From an uncultured Acidobacteriota bacterium (lineage in GTDB: Bacteria > Acidobacteriota > UBA6911), in the NCBI GenBank assembly GCA_963843575.1, contig CAWJKZ010000014.1:876541-940540 (forward strand): 64,000 nucleotides of DNA. The letters run 5' to 3'. Position numbers and translations under genes: made by a program. The first letter of the stretch is position 1. Each line of letters begins with the position of its first letter. This document shows positions 55,346 to 64,000 of this stretch, piece after piece. A model generated the notes under the pieces. The model was given only the letters and a program-made list of their open reading frames with translations. It was not told where the DNA came from and did not search any database.

Positions 55346-55456
55346 TAATGTACCAGATCTGCCGTTTCGGGCCAACTGACCTGTTTGCGAGCCATGTCCC
55401 GATAAGCTGCGGATTCAGTTATCAACGGTGCCAGCCGACTATAATAGCCGCAACTT

Positions 55457-55507
55457 ATGTTCGGCAAGACGCTTGGCCACTATCGGATCCTCGAGAAGAT
55501 CGGCTCA
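55457..55507 (+). pseudogene. N-terminal remnant of a Ser/Thr protein kinase
   Basis: MFGKTLGHYRILEKIG; TATAAT 12 nt upstream. Confidence 0.65.
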
Positions 55508-55634
55508 GCGGATCGACACCGACACTGTACGACAGTCAACCATTCACCGCCGCCGTCTGACGCGGACACGTTGCACCCAGCGGAGAGAGGACGAGAGTTG
55601 GGCATTTATTCACATTGTACAGGAGGCGCGCCCC

Positions 55635-56165
55635 ATGATTCGGATCGAACATAGCACTATCATCCAGGCACCCGTCGAACAAGTGTTCAGCTATGCGGCT
55701 GATTACCGGAAATGGCCAGAGTGGTATGAGGGCGTTTCTGACATCACGCCCACAACAGCAGTTACCGAAGGGAACAATGCCCGATACGCTTACAGGGTTT
55801 GTGTCATGGCCATTTCTGCGGGTGTCGAGACTGAAATCCATGATTTTGTGCAGAACCGAGGTTGAACCGGGGTTTCCACCAAGGGTATACCCCATAGAAC
55901 TACGTGGATCTTTGAGCCAATCGGTCCTGCCACGAGATTTACTCATGCTGTCGAAGGTCACGTGCCAGTTCCATTGCTCGGTTCTCTGTGTGACTACATG
56001 TTTCTGAGACCGCAGTGGGACAAAATCGTTAAGAACTCACTGAACAACCTAAAGCAGCATTTTCTCACCCAGAACAGTGGTTCTGCTCAACAACGTCCGA
56101 GCTCCAACCCAACGAAGAGCGCAGTCGCTGCGCATGACACATCGAAGTCCCGGTCGAGGAAGTAA
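55635..56165 (+). pseudogene. SRPBCC family protein with in-frame TGA at 55863
   Basis: IQAPVEQVFSY..D...WPEW; frame continues after the TGA into VPLLGS...SLNNLK; AGGAGG RBS. Confidence 0.7.
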
Positions 56166-56503
56166 TCCCGCACCCGACAGACGATCTCTGACTCGGTGCG
56201 GCCATGTCTTCGAAGCGCATATCTTGGGAGCGTGCCAGTTTCCGTTGCCCGACCCACTCGCGCAAGTACTCCCGCCCACGGGGGGCTGGAGTGCGAGGGT
56301 TGAGAGGCTGAGCTCAACTGATGCGGCGAGTTGCCAACAACCAACCGCGGCATCCTTCGAAGACGACGAAGTCCTGGATTTGCCGCTGCATTCGGTACGG
56401 AGCGGTCGAGGCTGAGAGGGTCGGGCGAAATTGAGGATAGAGCATGGCCCTGCCGCTCTCCCAATCCAGACTGCGGCACTTGGGCGTACCCTTGTCTCAC
56501 CGG

Positions 56504-58882
56504 TCACTGAGAAGATGCGGATTCCGGACCGTCGACCCTGCTTTCGGTACCCAGTGCGCCGGATCTCAGACTGCGATCCAGTTCCCGCCCGTGCCGTTCG
56601 ACGATGTCCGGCAGCGACAGGATGTCCTGGAGTGTGGTTCTGAAGTTAACGATGCACAGGCGCAGCGCGAATTTGCCGTGCACGATTGCGTTCGAGAGAA
56701 ATGCCTCCCCGCTCTCCTCGACGCGGGTGAGCGTTTGCCGGTTCAAGTCGTCGAGATACTCCCGGACGCGGGGTGAGGCGGCGATCGGCCGCAGATCCCG
56801 CGGGATGTAGCGGAACGTGCAGATGCTCAGCCCTTGGGACAGGGGTTCGAGCGTCTCGCGAGCCTGTATTTCCCGATGAAACTCCCGAGCAAGGCGAATG
56901 TCCTCCGCTATCATCTGCCGGTATCCTTCGCGCCCGACCTGCCGGATTGCCAGCCAGACCTTCAGGGCGCGGAAGCCGCGCGAATTCTGAATGCCGAGAT
57001 CGAAGTAGTTCGTTACCTCTTCGTCAAAATGGTAGTAGGGGGGATGATAAGAGAATGCGTCATGCAGAGCTTCGCGCCGTGAAACCAGCGCGCAGCCTGC
57101 CTCCAGCGGCAGATACATCCACTTGTGCGGGTCTACCGCAACCGAATCGGCTTCCCGGAGCGCCTCCAGATCCGGGCTGATGCCCGGCACCATTGCGGCG
57201 GGAGCGCCGTATGCCCCGTCGACGTGGAACCACAGCCCATATTCGCGGCAGATGGAGGCCATCTCTCGCACGGGATCGACAGCGCCGGTACCGACCGTGC
57301 CTGCTGTGCCGACCACAAGAAAAGGACGGTCGCCGCGGTCCAAGTCCTGCCGAATCTGCTCCTTGAGTTCGGACGGTTTCGCCCGGAGTTCCTCGTCCAC
57401 TGGAATCCAGCGGATGGCGCCCGTTCCCAACCCGGAGATATCGGCCGCTTTCTGGATCCACGTGTGAGTCTCTGCTGAAGCATATACCCGAAGGCGCCCG
57501 GAACCATCCCCGGCAATCCCCTGTTCCCGGACCTCGCTGCCTGCCTTGGCCCGTCGTGCCGCCAGGAAGCAGACCAGGTTCGCCACATTCCCGCCGCTTA
57601 CAAGCAACCCTCCGCAATCGGCCCGGTAGCCGAGAAGATCGGAGATCCAACCGACGGTTTCCCTTTCGATCTCGCTGGCGAGGGGCGATAGCTTCCACGC
57701 CCCGACATTCGAGTTGACCGCCGCAGCCAACAAATCTCCGAGAATTCCGATGGGTGCGGCGGAGGCGGTGATGTAACCCCAGAACCGCGGGTGCCCGTTG
57801 TGAAGGGAATGTTCAAACAGTCGTTCCGCAACCTCCGGCAACCAGGTGCGCGGATCCATTCCCTTCTGCGGCACCGCTCCCGTCAAGGACAGGAGCGAAC
57901 GGACCTGCTCCGGCGTCGATGCCCTGGTAACAGGGCGGGCTGCAATCGAACCCAGAAATGCGGCAATCTGCTCCACCAGGGCGTGGCCCAGCGCGCGAAA
58001 GTGCGCGGGATCCATGTCCAGCGGCGCGTGCCGGGCGTTCAGCAAAGGGGTTGGATCTGCTTGAGAGGCTCTCTCGCGCAATCCCTCGAACAGATCCGTC
58101 TCTCGCTTTCGACCCCCGTTGACCAGGCTGAAAACGCGGTAGAATTCCTGAGTTCCCCACAGCTGCCGGTGATGTTCGGGAGCGAGACGATCGAGGCCTC
58201 CATAAAGCGCCAGCTGCGTCTTGTGGCAGCATACGGCCTTCCAGACAACCGGCCAGTACGGTTCCGTGTCGATGACGGTGGTGATGGCCCAATCCGGCCA
58301 AGGTGCCGCACGGCGCTCCACGCCGTCGACACTGACCGTCAGTTTGCGGAATGCCGACTGGTAGGCCTCCCATTTACCGTGCGACCACGCCATGTAGTAC
58401 AGCTTCGACACATGGTGGGGGACCGATGAGCGAGCCAGTGCCAGATCGGGATCCGCAGCTGCCGCCACCGCCGCGGTCGCCAGCTGGCAGATGGCAATAT
58501 GGTCCGGGTGTCCGTAAGCGCCATCCGGACCGAAGGTCACAACCAGGTGAGGCTTGAAGCACCGAATGTGCTCGACGATGCGCAGAACAGATTCTCCGGG
58601 TTCTGCCTGATCCAGGTCTCCGTCGATGTGGTCGAGCAGGTGCAGTTCTCCCACGCCGAGGATTTTTGCGGCTTCCCTGAGCTCGGTTTCGCGGATCTGC
58701 CCCACCACCTCCAGACCCGGATTCCGCCCTTCTCCCCAACGGCCCCTCTCTCCGCGAGTCGCCGTCACGACGCACAGATCGACACCTTCGGCAGCATATT
58801 TCGCAAGCGTGCCGCCCATGCCCAGGGATTCGTCATCCGGGTGGGCCAGAACACACATCATTCTCAATCCGTGCATCACCAT
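56504..58882 (-). CDS. Fusion of PIG-L family deacetylase and group II PLP-dependent decarboxylase
   Basis: AHPDDE and GHPDH; HPRFWGY, GTAGT..TGAVD, HVDGAYG, DPHKW, RLCIVN. Confidence 0.85.
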   Translation of the reverse strand: MVMHGLRMMCVLAHPDDESLGMGGTLAKYAAEGVDLCVVTATRGERGRWGEGRNPGLEVVGQIRETELREAAKILGVGELHLLDHIDGDLDQAEPGESVLRIVEHIRCFKPHLVVTFGPDGAYGHPDHIAICQLATAAVAAAADPDLALARSSVPHHVSKLYYMAWSHGKWEAYQSAFRKLTVSVDGVERRAAPWPDWAITTVIDTEPYWPVVWKAVCCHKTQLALYGGLDRLAPEHHRQLWGTQEFYRVFSLVNGGRKRETDLFEGLRERASQADPTPLLNARHAPLDMDPAHFRALGHALVEQIAAFLGSIAARPVTRASTPEQVRSLLSLTGAVPQKGMDPRTWLPEVAERLFEHSLHNGHPRFWGYITASAAPIGILGDLLAAAVNSNVGAWKLSPLASEIERETVGWISDLLGYRADCGGLLVSGGNVANLVCFLAARRAKAGSEVREQGIAGDGSGRLRVYASAETHTWIQKAADISGLGTGAIRWIPVDEELRAKPSELKEQIRQDLDRGDRPFLVVGTAGTVGTGAVDPVREMASICREYGLWFHVDGAYGAPAAMVPGISPDLEALREADSVAVDPHKWMYLPLEAGCALVSRREALHDAFSYHPPYYHFDEEVTNYFDLGIQNSRGFRALKVWLAIRQVGREGYRQMIAEDIRLAREFHREIQARETLEPLSQGLSICTFRYIPRDLRPIAASPRVREYLDDLNRQTLTRVEESGEAFLSNAIVHGKFALRLCIVNFRTTLQDILSLPDIVERHGRELDRSLRSGALGTESRVDGPESASSQ

Positions 58883-58993
58883 TCCTCCACGCTGCCGCGA
58901 CTTCGGTGTGTGCGCCTTGACTGCAGCCGGACTTTATACCTGAGCCGCGTCGTTGGATTCGGCTTTTTGGGCGCACCCCTGCCTTATTGCAGT

Positions 58994-60214
58994 CTATGGC
59001 AGCTTGCCGTCTTTGAAGGTCATGACGGATATGAGCTTCTGAGTCGCCTTCCGAACCTGCCGTTGAGAATCGACGAGGGAGAAGTCGCCCTGAACCAGCT
59101 CCAGAACGGAAATATCGGCGCGACGCCCGGGGTTCAGCGAGCCAAGTTCGTCCGCCTTGTTGATCGCGCGCGCGGCAGCAACCGTGGTCAACTCAACGAT
59201 CTTTTCGACGCTGAGTCCGAGAAGCAGGAACTTGGACATGGTCGTGGTCAGGTCGAAAACAGGGCCGTGAGCGCTGTAGAAATGGAGATCGGTGCTGATG
59301 GTGGCAGGTGGCAGGCCTTCCTTCAGCGCAGTTTCCATGGAGGCGAAGCCAAAACCGCCGGTCCCGTGACCGATGTCGAAGAGCACTCCGCGGTTCGCCG
59401 CCTTGCGGATGCCGTCGGAAACGTGGCCGTCGGCCGCGATGACCCCTCCCGTGCCAGACGCGCGGAAAGAATGCGTGACGATGTCGCCTGCCCGCAGCTC
59501 TTCCACGAGTTTTTCGACCGGAGTATAGGGTCCCCCGACATGCATCATTACTGGCTTGCCGATCTGATCGGCAACGCGGCGGGCCGTCCGCACTGCCTCC
59601 ACGTCGTTGGGGCCCGTCAGGTCCTTCCCGCAGCGAACCTTGATCCCCACAATCACGTCCGCGTGAGCCTTTGCCACCCGCAGGGCGGAGTCGGCGTCAA
59701 TCATGCGTGTATCGATAAGTTCTCCTGGTTCCCCGACCAATCCCACGCGAGAGATGTTCAGGAAAGCAAAAAGGCGCGTCCGCGACGACTCGATCACCTG
59801 CCGGCGGAAGCCCGCGAAGCTGTCCGAACCTGACGTTCCCGCATCAACGGCCGTTGTAACGCCCCGGGCGATACAGTGCGGATCGAGGTTGAGCCCCCAG
59901 TGGGAAATCCCCTCGAAACCGTGCACGTGAATGTCGACCAATCCGGGTGTCACGATCTGCCCGGTCACCCGGACTGTCCGCAGCGCTTCCCTGGGCTCGA
60001 TCTGTGGCGCGATGGCCGCAATCCGTCCGCCGGCAACAGCAACGTCAGCAAACATATTCATGGATTGAGAAGGGTCGATAACACGACCGCCCTTCAGTAG
60101 CAATTCGTACTTGCGCTCCTGTGCTTGAGCCGCCTGAGCAAAGGCCGTGCGTGGGGCATCGGCCAGCAAGGGGAGCGAAGCGAGACCGACCTGCAAGAAT
60201 TCACGTCGTTTCAT
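58994..60214 (-). CDS. Tat-exported amidohydrolase (dihydroorotase-like/deacetylase family)
   Basis: KRREFL, PGLVDIHVH, DAGTSG, GIKVR, MMHVG, DIGHG, ISTDLH. Confidence 0.85.
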   Translation of the reverse strand: MKRREFLQVGLASLPLLADAPRTAFAQAAQAQERKYELLLKGGRVIDPSQSMNMFADVAVAGGRIAAIAPQIEPREALRTVRVTGQIVTPGLVDIHVHGFEGISHWGLNLDPHCIARGVTTAVDAGTSGSDSFAGFRRQVIESSRTRLFAFLNISRVGLVGEPGELIDTRMIDADSALRVAKAHADVIVGIKVRCGKDLTGPNDVEAVRTARRVADQIGKPVMMHVGGPYTPVEKLVEELRAGDIVTHSFRASGTGGVIAADGHVSDGIRKAANRGVLFDIGHGTGGFGFASMETALKEGLPPATISTDLHFYSAHGPVFDLTTTMSKFLLLGLSVEKIVELTTVAAARAINKADELGSLNPGRRADISVLELVQGDFSLVDSQRQVRKATQKLISVMTFKDGKLP

Positions 60215-60249
60215 TATCACAGCCTCCAGGAAGAGTATAGGCAGACAGC

Positions 60250-60513
60250 CTCGGCGGCGTCCAACCCGGATTGCACGGGAACAAGCTCACCCGGCGGCAG
60301 GCAGACGAACTCCGCGTAGGCGCCGCTGATCGGCATCGCAGCAACTATCTGGCCTGGCTCGATCCCGGAGACACCGGCGCCGATAATATCGACCACGCCG
60401 ACCAGATCCCAACCCGGCGTGAAGGGCACCCGGGGCCCGGGGCACTCCTCTTCAACCACCCGAAGTGCATCGGGTCCGCCATAGTGAGTGACCATAATGC
60501 GCGTGTGTCGCAC
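60250..60513 (-). pseudogene. Medium-chain dehydrogenase (quinone reductase-like) remnant
   Basis: HYGGPDALRVVEE joined directly to PFTPGWDLVGVVD, GAYAEF; internal deletion and truncation. Confidence 0.7.
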
Positions 60514-60665
60514 GGGCCTTTCCTCCCTCGCCGGGCTCGAGCTTGATGGTCTAAAACGCTTTGATAGTTTCATTTCAGTATATCTATTGATGCTCGAGTG
60601 TCAAAAACTCCGGCCAGAGATACTTTGCCGAGGGTGCTGAATACCGGGAGGCCTCGGAAGCTTTT

Positions 60666-60761
60666 CTGGGGATTTCAATCGCGGTTTCGCCCGACGGAGG
60701 GGCGATTCTCTATTCACAATAAGACGAGGTTGGCAGCGATCTGATGCCGGTGGAGAACTGA
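60666..60761 (+). pseudogene. C-terminal fragment of a PD40-repeat protein
   Basis: IAVSPDGGAILYSQ*DEVGSDLMPVEN*. Confidence 0.55.
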
Positions 60762-60791
60762 TGGGTAATCTGCGGCAGCACGGGCGCGGCG

Positions 60792-62957
60792 TTGGTCGCA
60801 TCAGCACAAGACGGTGAGGGGCTGGCGCTCGAGGACATACGCCAGTGCGTTTCGGCGGCCGTCGCGTCGACGGGCAGGGGGCACACAACACTCAAGCGGC
60901 TTGATCCGTGCCGTGAGAGCGGACGCCAAGAGGAACCGGCCGGCGCCTTCAGCGCGCCGCAAGAGGGATGGCTCGGCGTTGACGTCGGGTCGGTGAGCAC
61001 CAACTTCGTGCTCCTCGGCTGCGACGACGCGGTCGTTTCATCGGTGTACCTCCCTACCCGCGGCCGTCCGGTCGACGTGTTGCGCGAGGGGCTCGATATC
61101 TTGCGCGAACGCTTTCGCGGCGGACTCGAGGTCCTCGGTTGCGGTGCAACGGGGAGCGGGCGGTATCTCGCCGCCCGGCTGCTGGGCGCCGACGTGGTGA
61201 AAAACGAGATCACCTGCCAGATGCTCGGGGCGCGGCGCTTCATCCCCGGTGTCGAGTCGATCTTCGAGATCGGAGGGCAGGATTCAAAATTCATCGCAGT
61301 CCAAGACTCCGGGATCGCCGACTTCGTCATGAACAAGATCTGCGCTGCGGGAACCGGTTCTTTCCTCGAGGAGCAGGCTCGCGAGCTGGGCATCGATATC
61401 TACAGCGATTTCGCGCCCCTCGCGTTCGGATCGGAGGCCCCGCTCGACCTCGGATCGAGGTGCACGGTTTTCATGGAAACCGAGGTCATCAACGCCGTCC
61501 GCCACGGCGCTCCGGCCGGCGCGATCTGCGCGGGGCTTTCGTATGCGATCGTGAAAAACTATCTCAACAAGGTGGTGGGGAACCGGCCACTCGACAGCAC
61601 GATCGTCCTGCAGGGCGGCGTTGCCAGCAACGATGCGGTCGTCGCGGCATTCGAGAATATCATCGGCGCACCGGTATGTGTGCACCCCTGCGCGCGGCCG
61701 GGATCCCAGGGTACTGCAAATGGCCCAGCCGCCCACGTCCCCGCGTCCCCGGCCGAGGTGCGTATCCCGTACTTTGCCGACCACGCTTATGCCTTCAGCG
61801 GCCTGTGGAAGTACAAGGGCCACAACGCCGACGTGCTCCCCCTCCCTGACGACCGGATCCGCATTCTAGGCGAGAAGCATTCTCTGGGGAAGGAGTGCCA
61901 CGCCTACTCGATGCTCGTCGGGGACCTCGTCGATGTCGCAGCCCGCGAACCCGGCAGGGAGATCGTCTTCTTTTTCCCGGGCACCGCGATTCCGTGCCTG
62001 CTTCACCAATACGGTGCCGGCATGCAGGTGCTTCTGCGCGAGCTCGGGATCCATTTCCTCAAGGTCAGCTCCCCGACCGGGGAGGAGCTGATAAACGCCT
62101 TCGGCAGCGACGGGATCGAGCGCTTCTACATGGGCCTGCTGGCCATCGAGCTGTGCGTGAAGGCTGTCTGCGAGATACGGCCGTACGAAAAGGTCCGCGG
62201 GACAGCAGACATGGTCCACCGCGGAAACCTGCTCCGCATCGAAACGGCCATTGCGGCCGGCGACATCGTGCAGGCGCTGGACGAGTCTCTGCACGCGCTT
62301 TCGCTCATACCCGCCGAACGGAATGGTGGTCGGCCGGTGGTCGGGATTGCGGGCGACCTCTACACCAAGGTGAACTCAGCGGCCAACAACGACCTCTATC
62401 GCTGGCTCGAGGACCGCGGATTGGAGGTGTGGCCCTCGATGTTCCAGATCGACCTGCTGGACTTCGGCATCTCGCGGCGGCTCTTCGAGAGCGTATCCAG
62501 AGGCAGAATGCAGGACTTCCTGGTCAGCGGTTCGGTAGCCATAAAGCGCCTCGTCGACGTCTGGAAGATACATCGCGTCGCCGCGCCCCGGGTTTCACGC
62601 CTCGAGGAGCCCGGCTATCTCGAGATGAAGAAGCTCGCCGCCCCCTACATGCCTAACGAGGCACACCAGCTCCTGTTTTTGAACACGGTGAAGATCGTTG
62701 ACTTCGCGCGGCGGGGCGCCGACGGGATCATCAATGCCGTCTGCTTCAATTGCATGGTCGGCAACGCATCGGCGGCCATCATCGAGAAAATCCGGAACGA
62801 CTATCACGACATCCCCATCCTCACCGCGGTCTACTCGGGCGGCGAAGATCCATCGCGCGCGATGGTCCTCGAGGCGTTCGTCAGCCAGGTGAAGAGGCAT
62901 TACGCCAGGACACAGCTGCCGCAGCAGAGGAGGAGTCCGGCCCTGTGGATTCCCTGA
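60792..62957 (+). pseudogene. Acyl-CoA dehydratase activase-like (BadF/BcrAD) protein, apparently truncated and internally deleted
   Basis: GVDVGSVSTN, TGSGR, NEITCQ, EIGGQDSK, MNKICAAGTG, CTVF, GGVASN; abrupt junction near 61690; C-terminal GKEC and FNCM. Confidence 0.65.
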
Positions 62958-63018
62958 GGCTGGACCGAAACTCACTTAGGTTCGTACGGCGGCCTCTTGC
63001 GTTTCTCCTCGTCCCACT

Positions 63019-63128
63019 CAAGTGGGTCCGGGCTTCAGCCCGGACGCCTTTTGCAGTAGCTGTAAAGTGCATCTGTCCCGATATGCAACGGCTTTAACAG
63101 CGTCAGGGCTGAAGCCCGGACCCACTTG
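63019..63128. repeat. Inverted pair of REP-like palindromes (BIME-like)
   Basis: caagtgggtccgggcttcagcccggacgc / gcgtcagggctgaagcccggacccacttg between convergent genes. Confidence 0.85.
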
Positions 63129-63233
63129 GGATCATGTTCCACATCCAAAAAGGAATACCGGAGCAGACGTCGACACAACACGGTGCTGCGTGGCCCGGTC
63201 CAGGGCCGGGTCCATGCTTCAAAACGATGCGAG

Positions 63234-64000
63234 CTACTTCATCAGTCCGTTCGCCACGAGCCATGCCTTGGCATACCGATAGCTTTCGTGCAGTTCCTCG
63301 TCCTCGTCCCGGTTATCGGTGTCGAGCTCGACGGTGAAAGCCATCCGTTCTTTGGTGGCGGCCTGTGCGAGGACCGGCAGCAGGGCGGGAAAATCGACGA
63401 GGCCCCGCCCCAGCGCCACACCGTTGTAGACCCCCTTCTCGAGCACGTAGTCGCGCACGTGCGCGTGAAACGTCCGCGGCAGGCACTTGCGCGTCGCGAA
63501 CAACGGGTCCTCGTTCAGGATGAGCCAGTTGCCCGTGTCATTCAGGATACCCACGTTGTCGAGACCGGCCCCTTCCGAAATCCGGAGGAGGTCATCCGAG
63601 GAGAAGTAATCGTAATTCTCCTGGCAGATCCGGAGCCCGAGGGCTTTCGCCGACCGGCCGAGCTCTCGAACGGACTCGGTCGCCAGCCGGACGGTGGCCG
63701 CCCGCGTCACGCGACCGTTGATACGGGGGAGAAGGTGCACGTCCGCACACCCAGACGGGCGGCTAATTCCAGGTCGCGGCGACCCGCCTCGAGCGCCGCG
63801 AGACGAACCTCCTCGTCGTAGGTCGCCGCAACGCCGCCCACTTCGACGACCGGCCACAGGTCGCTCTCCTTGAGCCGTGCCTTCAGCTCGTCGATGTAGC
63901 TCTTCTCGGTCGAGGGGAAGGCCGCAAAATCGAGATCTATCGCCATCGGGGAAAAACCGAATTCCTTCGCGATCGCGACCGTCTTCCGGATTACGTGGTC
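63234..64000 (-). CDS. Sugar phosphate isomerase/epimerase (TIM barrel), 5'-partial, frameshifted
   Basis: ICQENY, ILNDTGNW, HAHVRD, LGRGLVDF, TVE. Confidence 0.75.
   Translation of the reverse strand, partial: PRNPEDGRDREGIRFFPDGDRSRFCGLPLDREELHRRAEGTAQGERPVAGRRSGRRCGDLRRGGSSRGARGGSPRPGISRPSGCADVHLLPRINGRVTRAATVRLATESVRELGRSAKALGLRICQENYDYFSSDDLLRISEGAGLDNVGILNDTGNWLILNEDPLFATRKCLPRTFHAHVRDYVLEKGVYNGVALGRGLVDFPALLPVLAQAATKERMAFTVELDTDNRDEDEELHESYRYAKAWLVANGLMK

Overview
High-GC bacterial chromosomal segment, very probably Acidobacteriota (inferred from relics of Ser/Thr-kinase/PD40 and ADOP-permease paralogs, DUF1080 and Tat-Gfo/Idh/MocA genes). About 1-40 kb is mostly housekeeping and envelope genes: tRNA-Leu, tig-clpP-clpX-lon-yihA-rho, a trpE-G-C-F-B-A-aroF-tyrA operon without trpD, lpxC, ThiF/MoeB and a class A PBP. 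About 40.5-64 kb is an accessory patchwork of intact genes (SagB-like nitroreductase, PAS-GGDEF-EAL, PIG-L/decarboxylase fusion, Tat amidohydrolase) mixed with many gene and IS fragments. Many genes carry small frameshifts without internal stops, which looks like long-read indel error. The best finding is an unannotated 27-aa leader peptide rich in Trp, Tyr and Phe (MRYTFQVNYWYWRWASRYARVRSLPVP) with a full protector/antiterminator/terminator layout ahead of the combined aromatic amino acid operon. Also notable: an orphan DUF6079/BREX-like ATPase with a degenerate Walker B right behind the PBP gene, three MITE families (one nested), a solitary attC-like site, and a non-coding element shared upstream of two kinase relics. 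All family calls come from motif recognition by eye; no searches were run.
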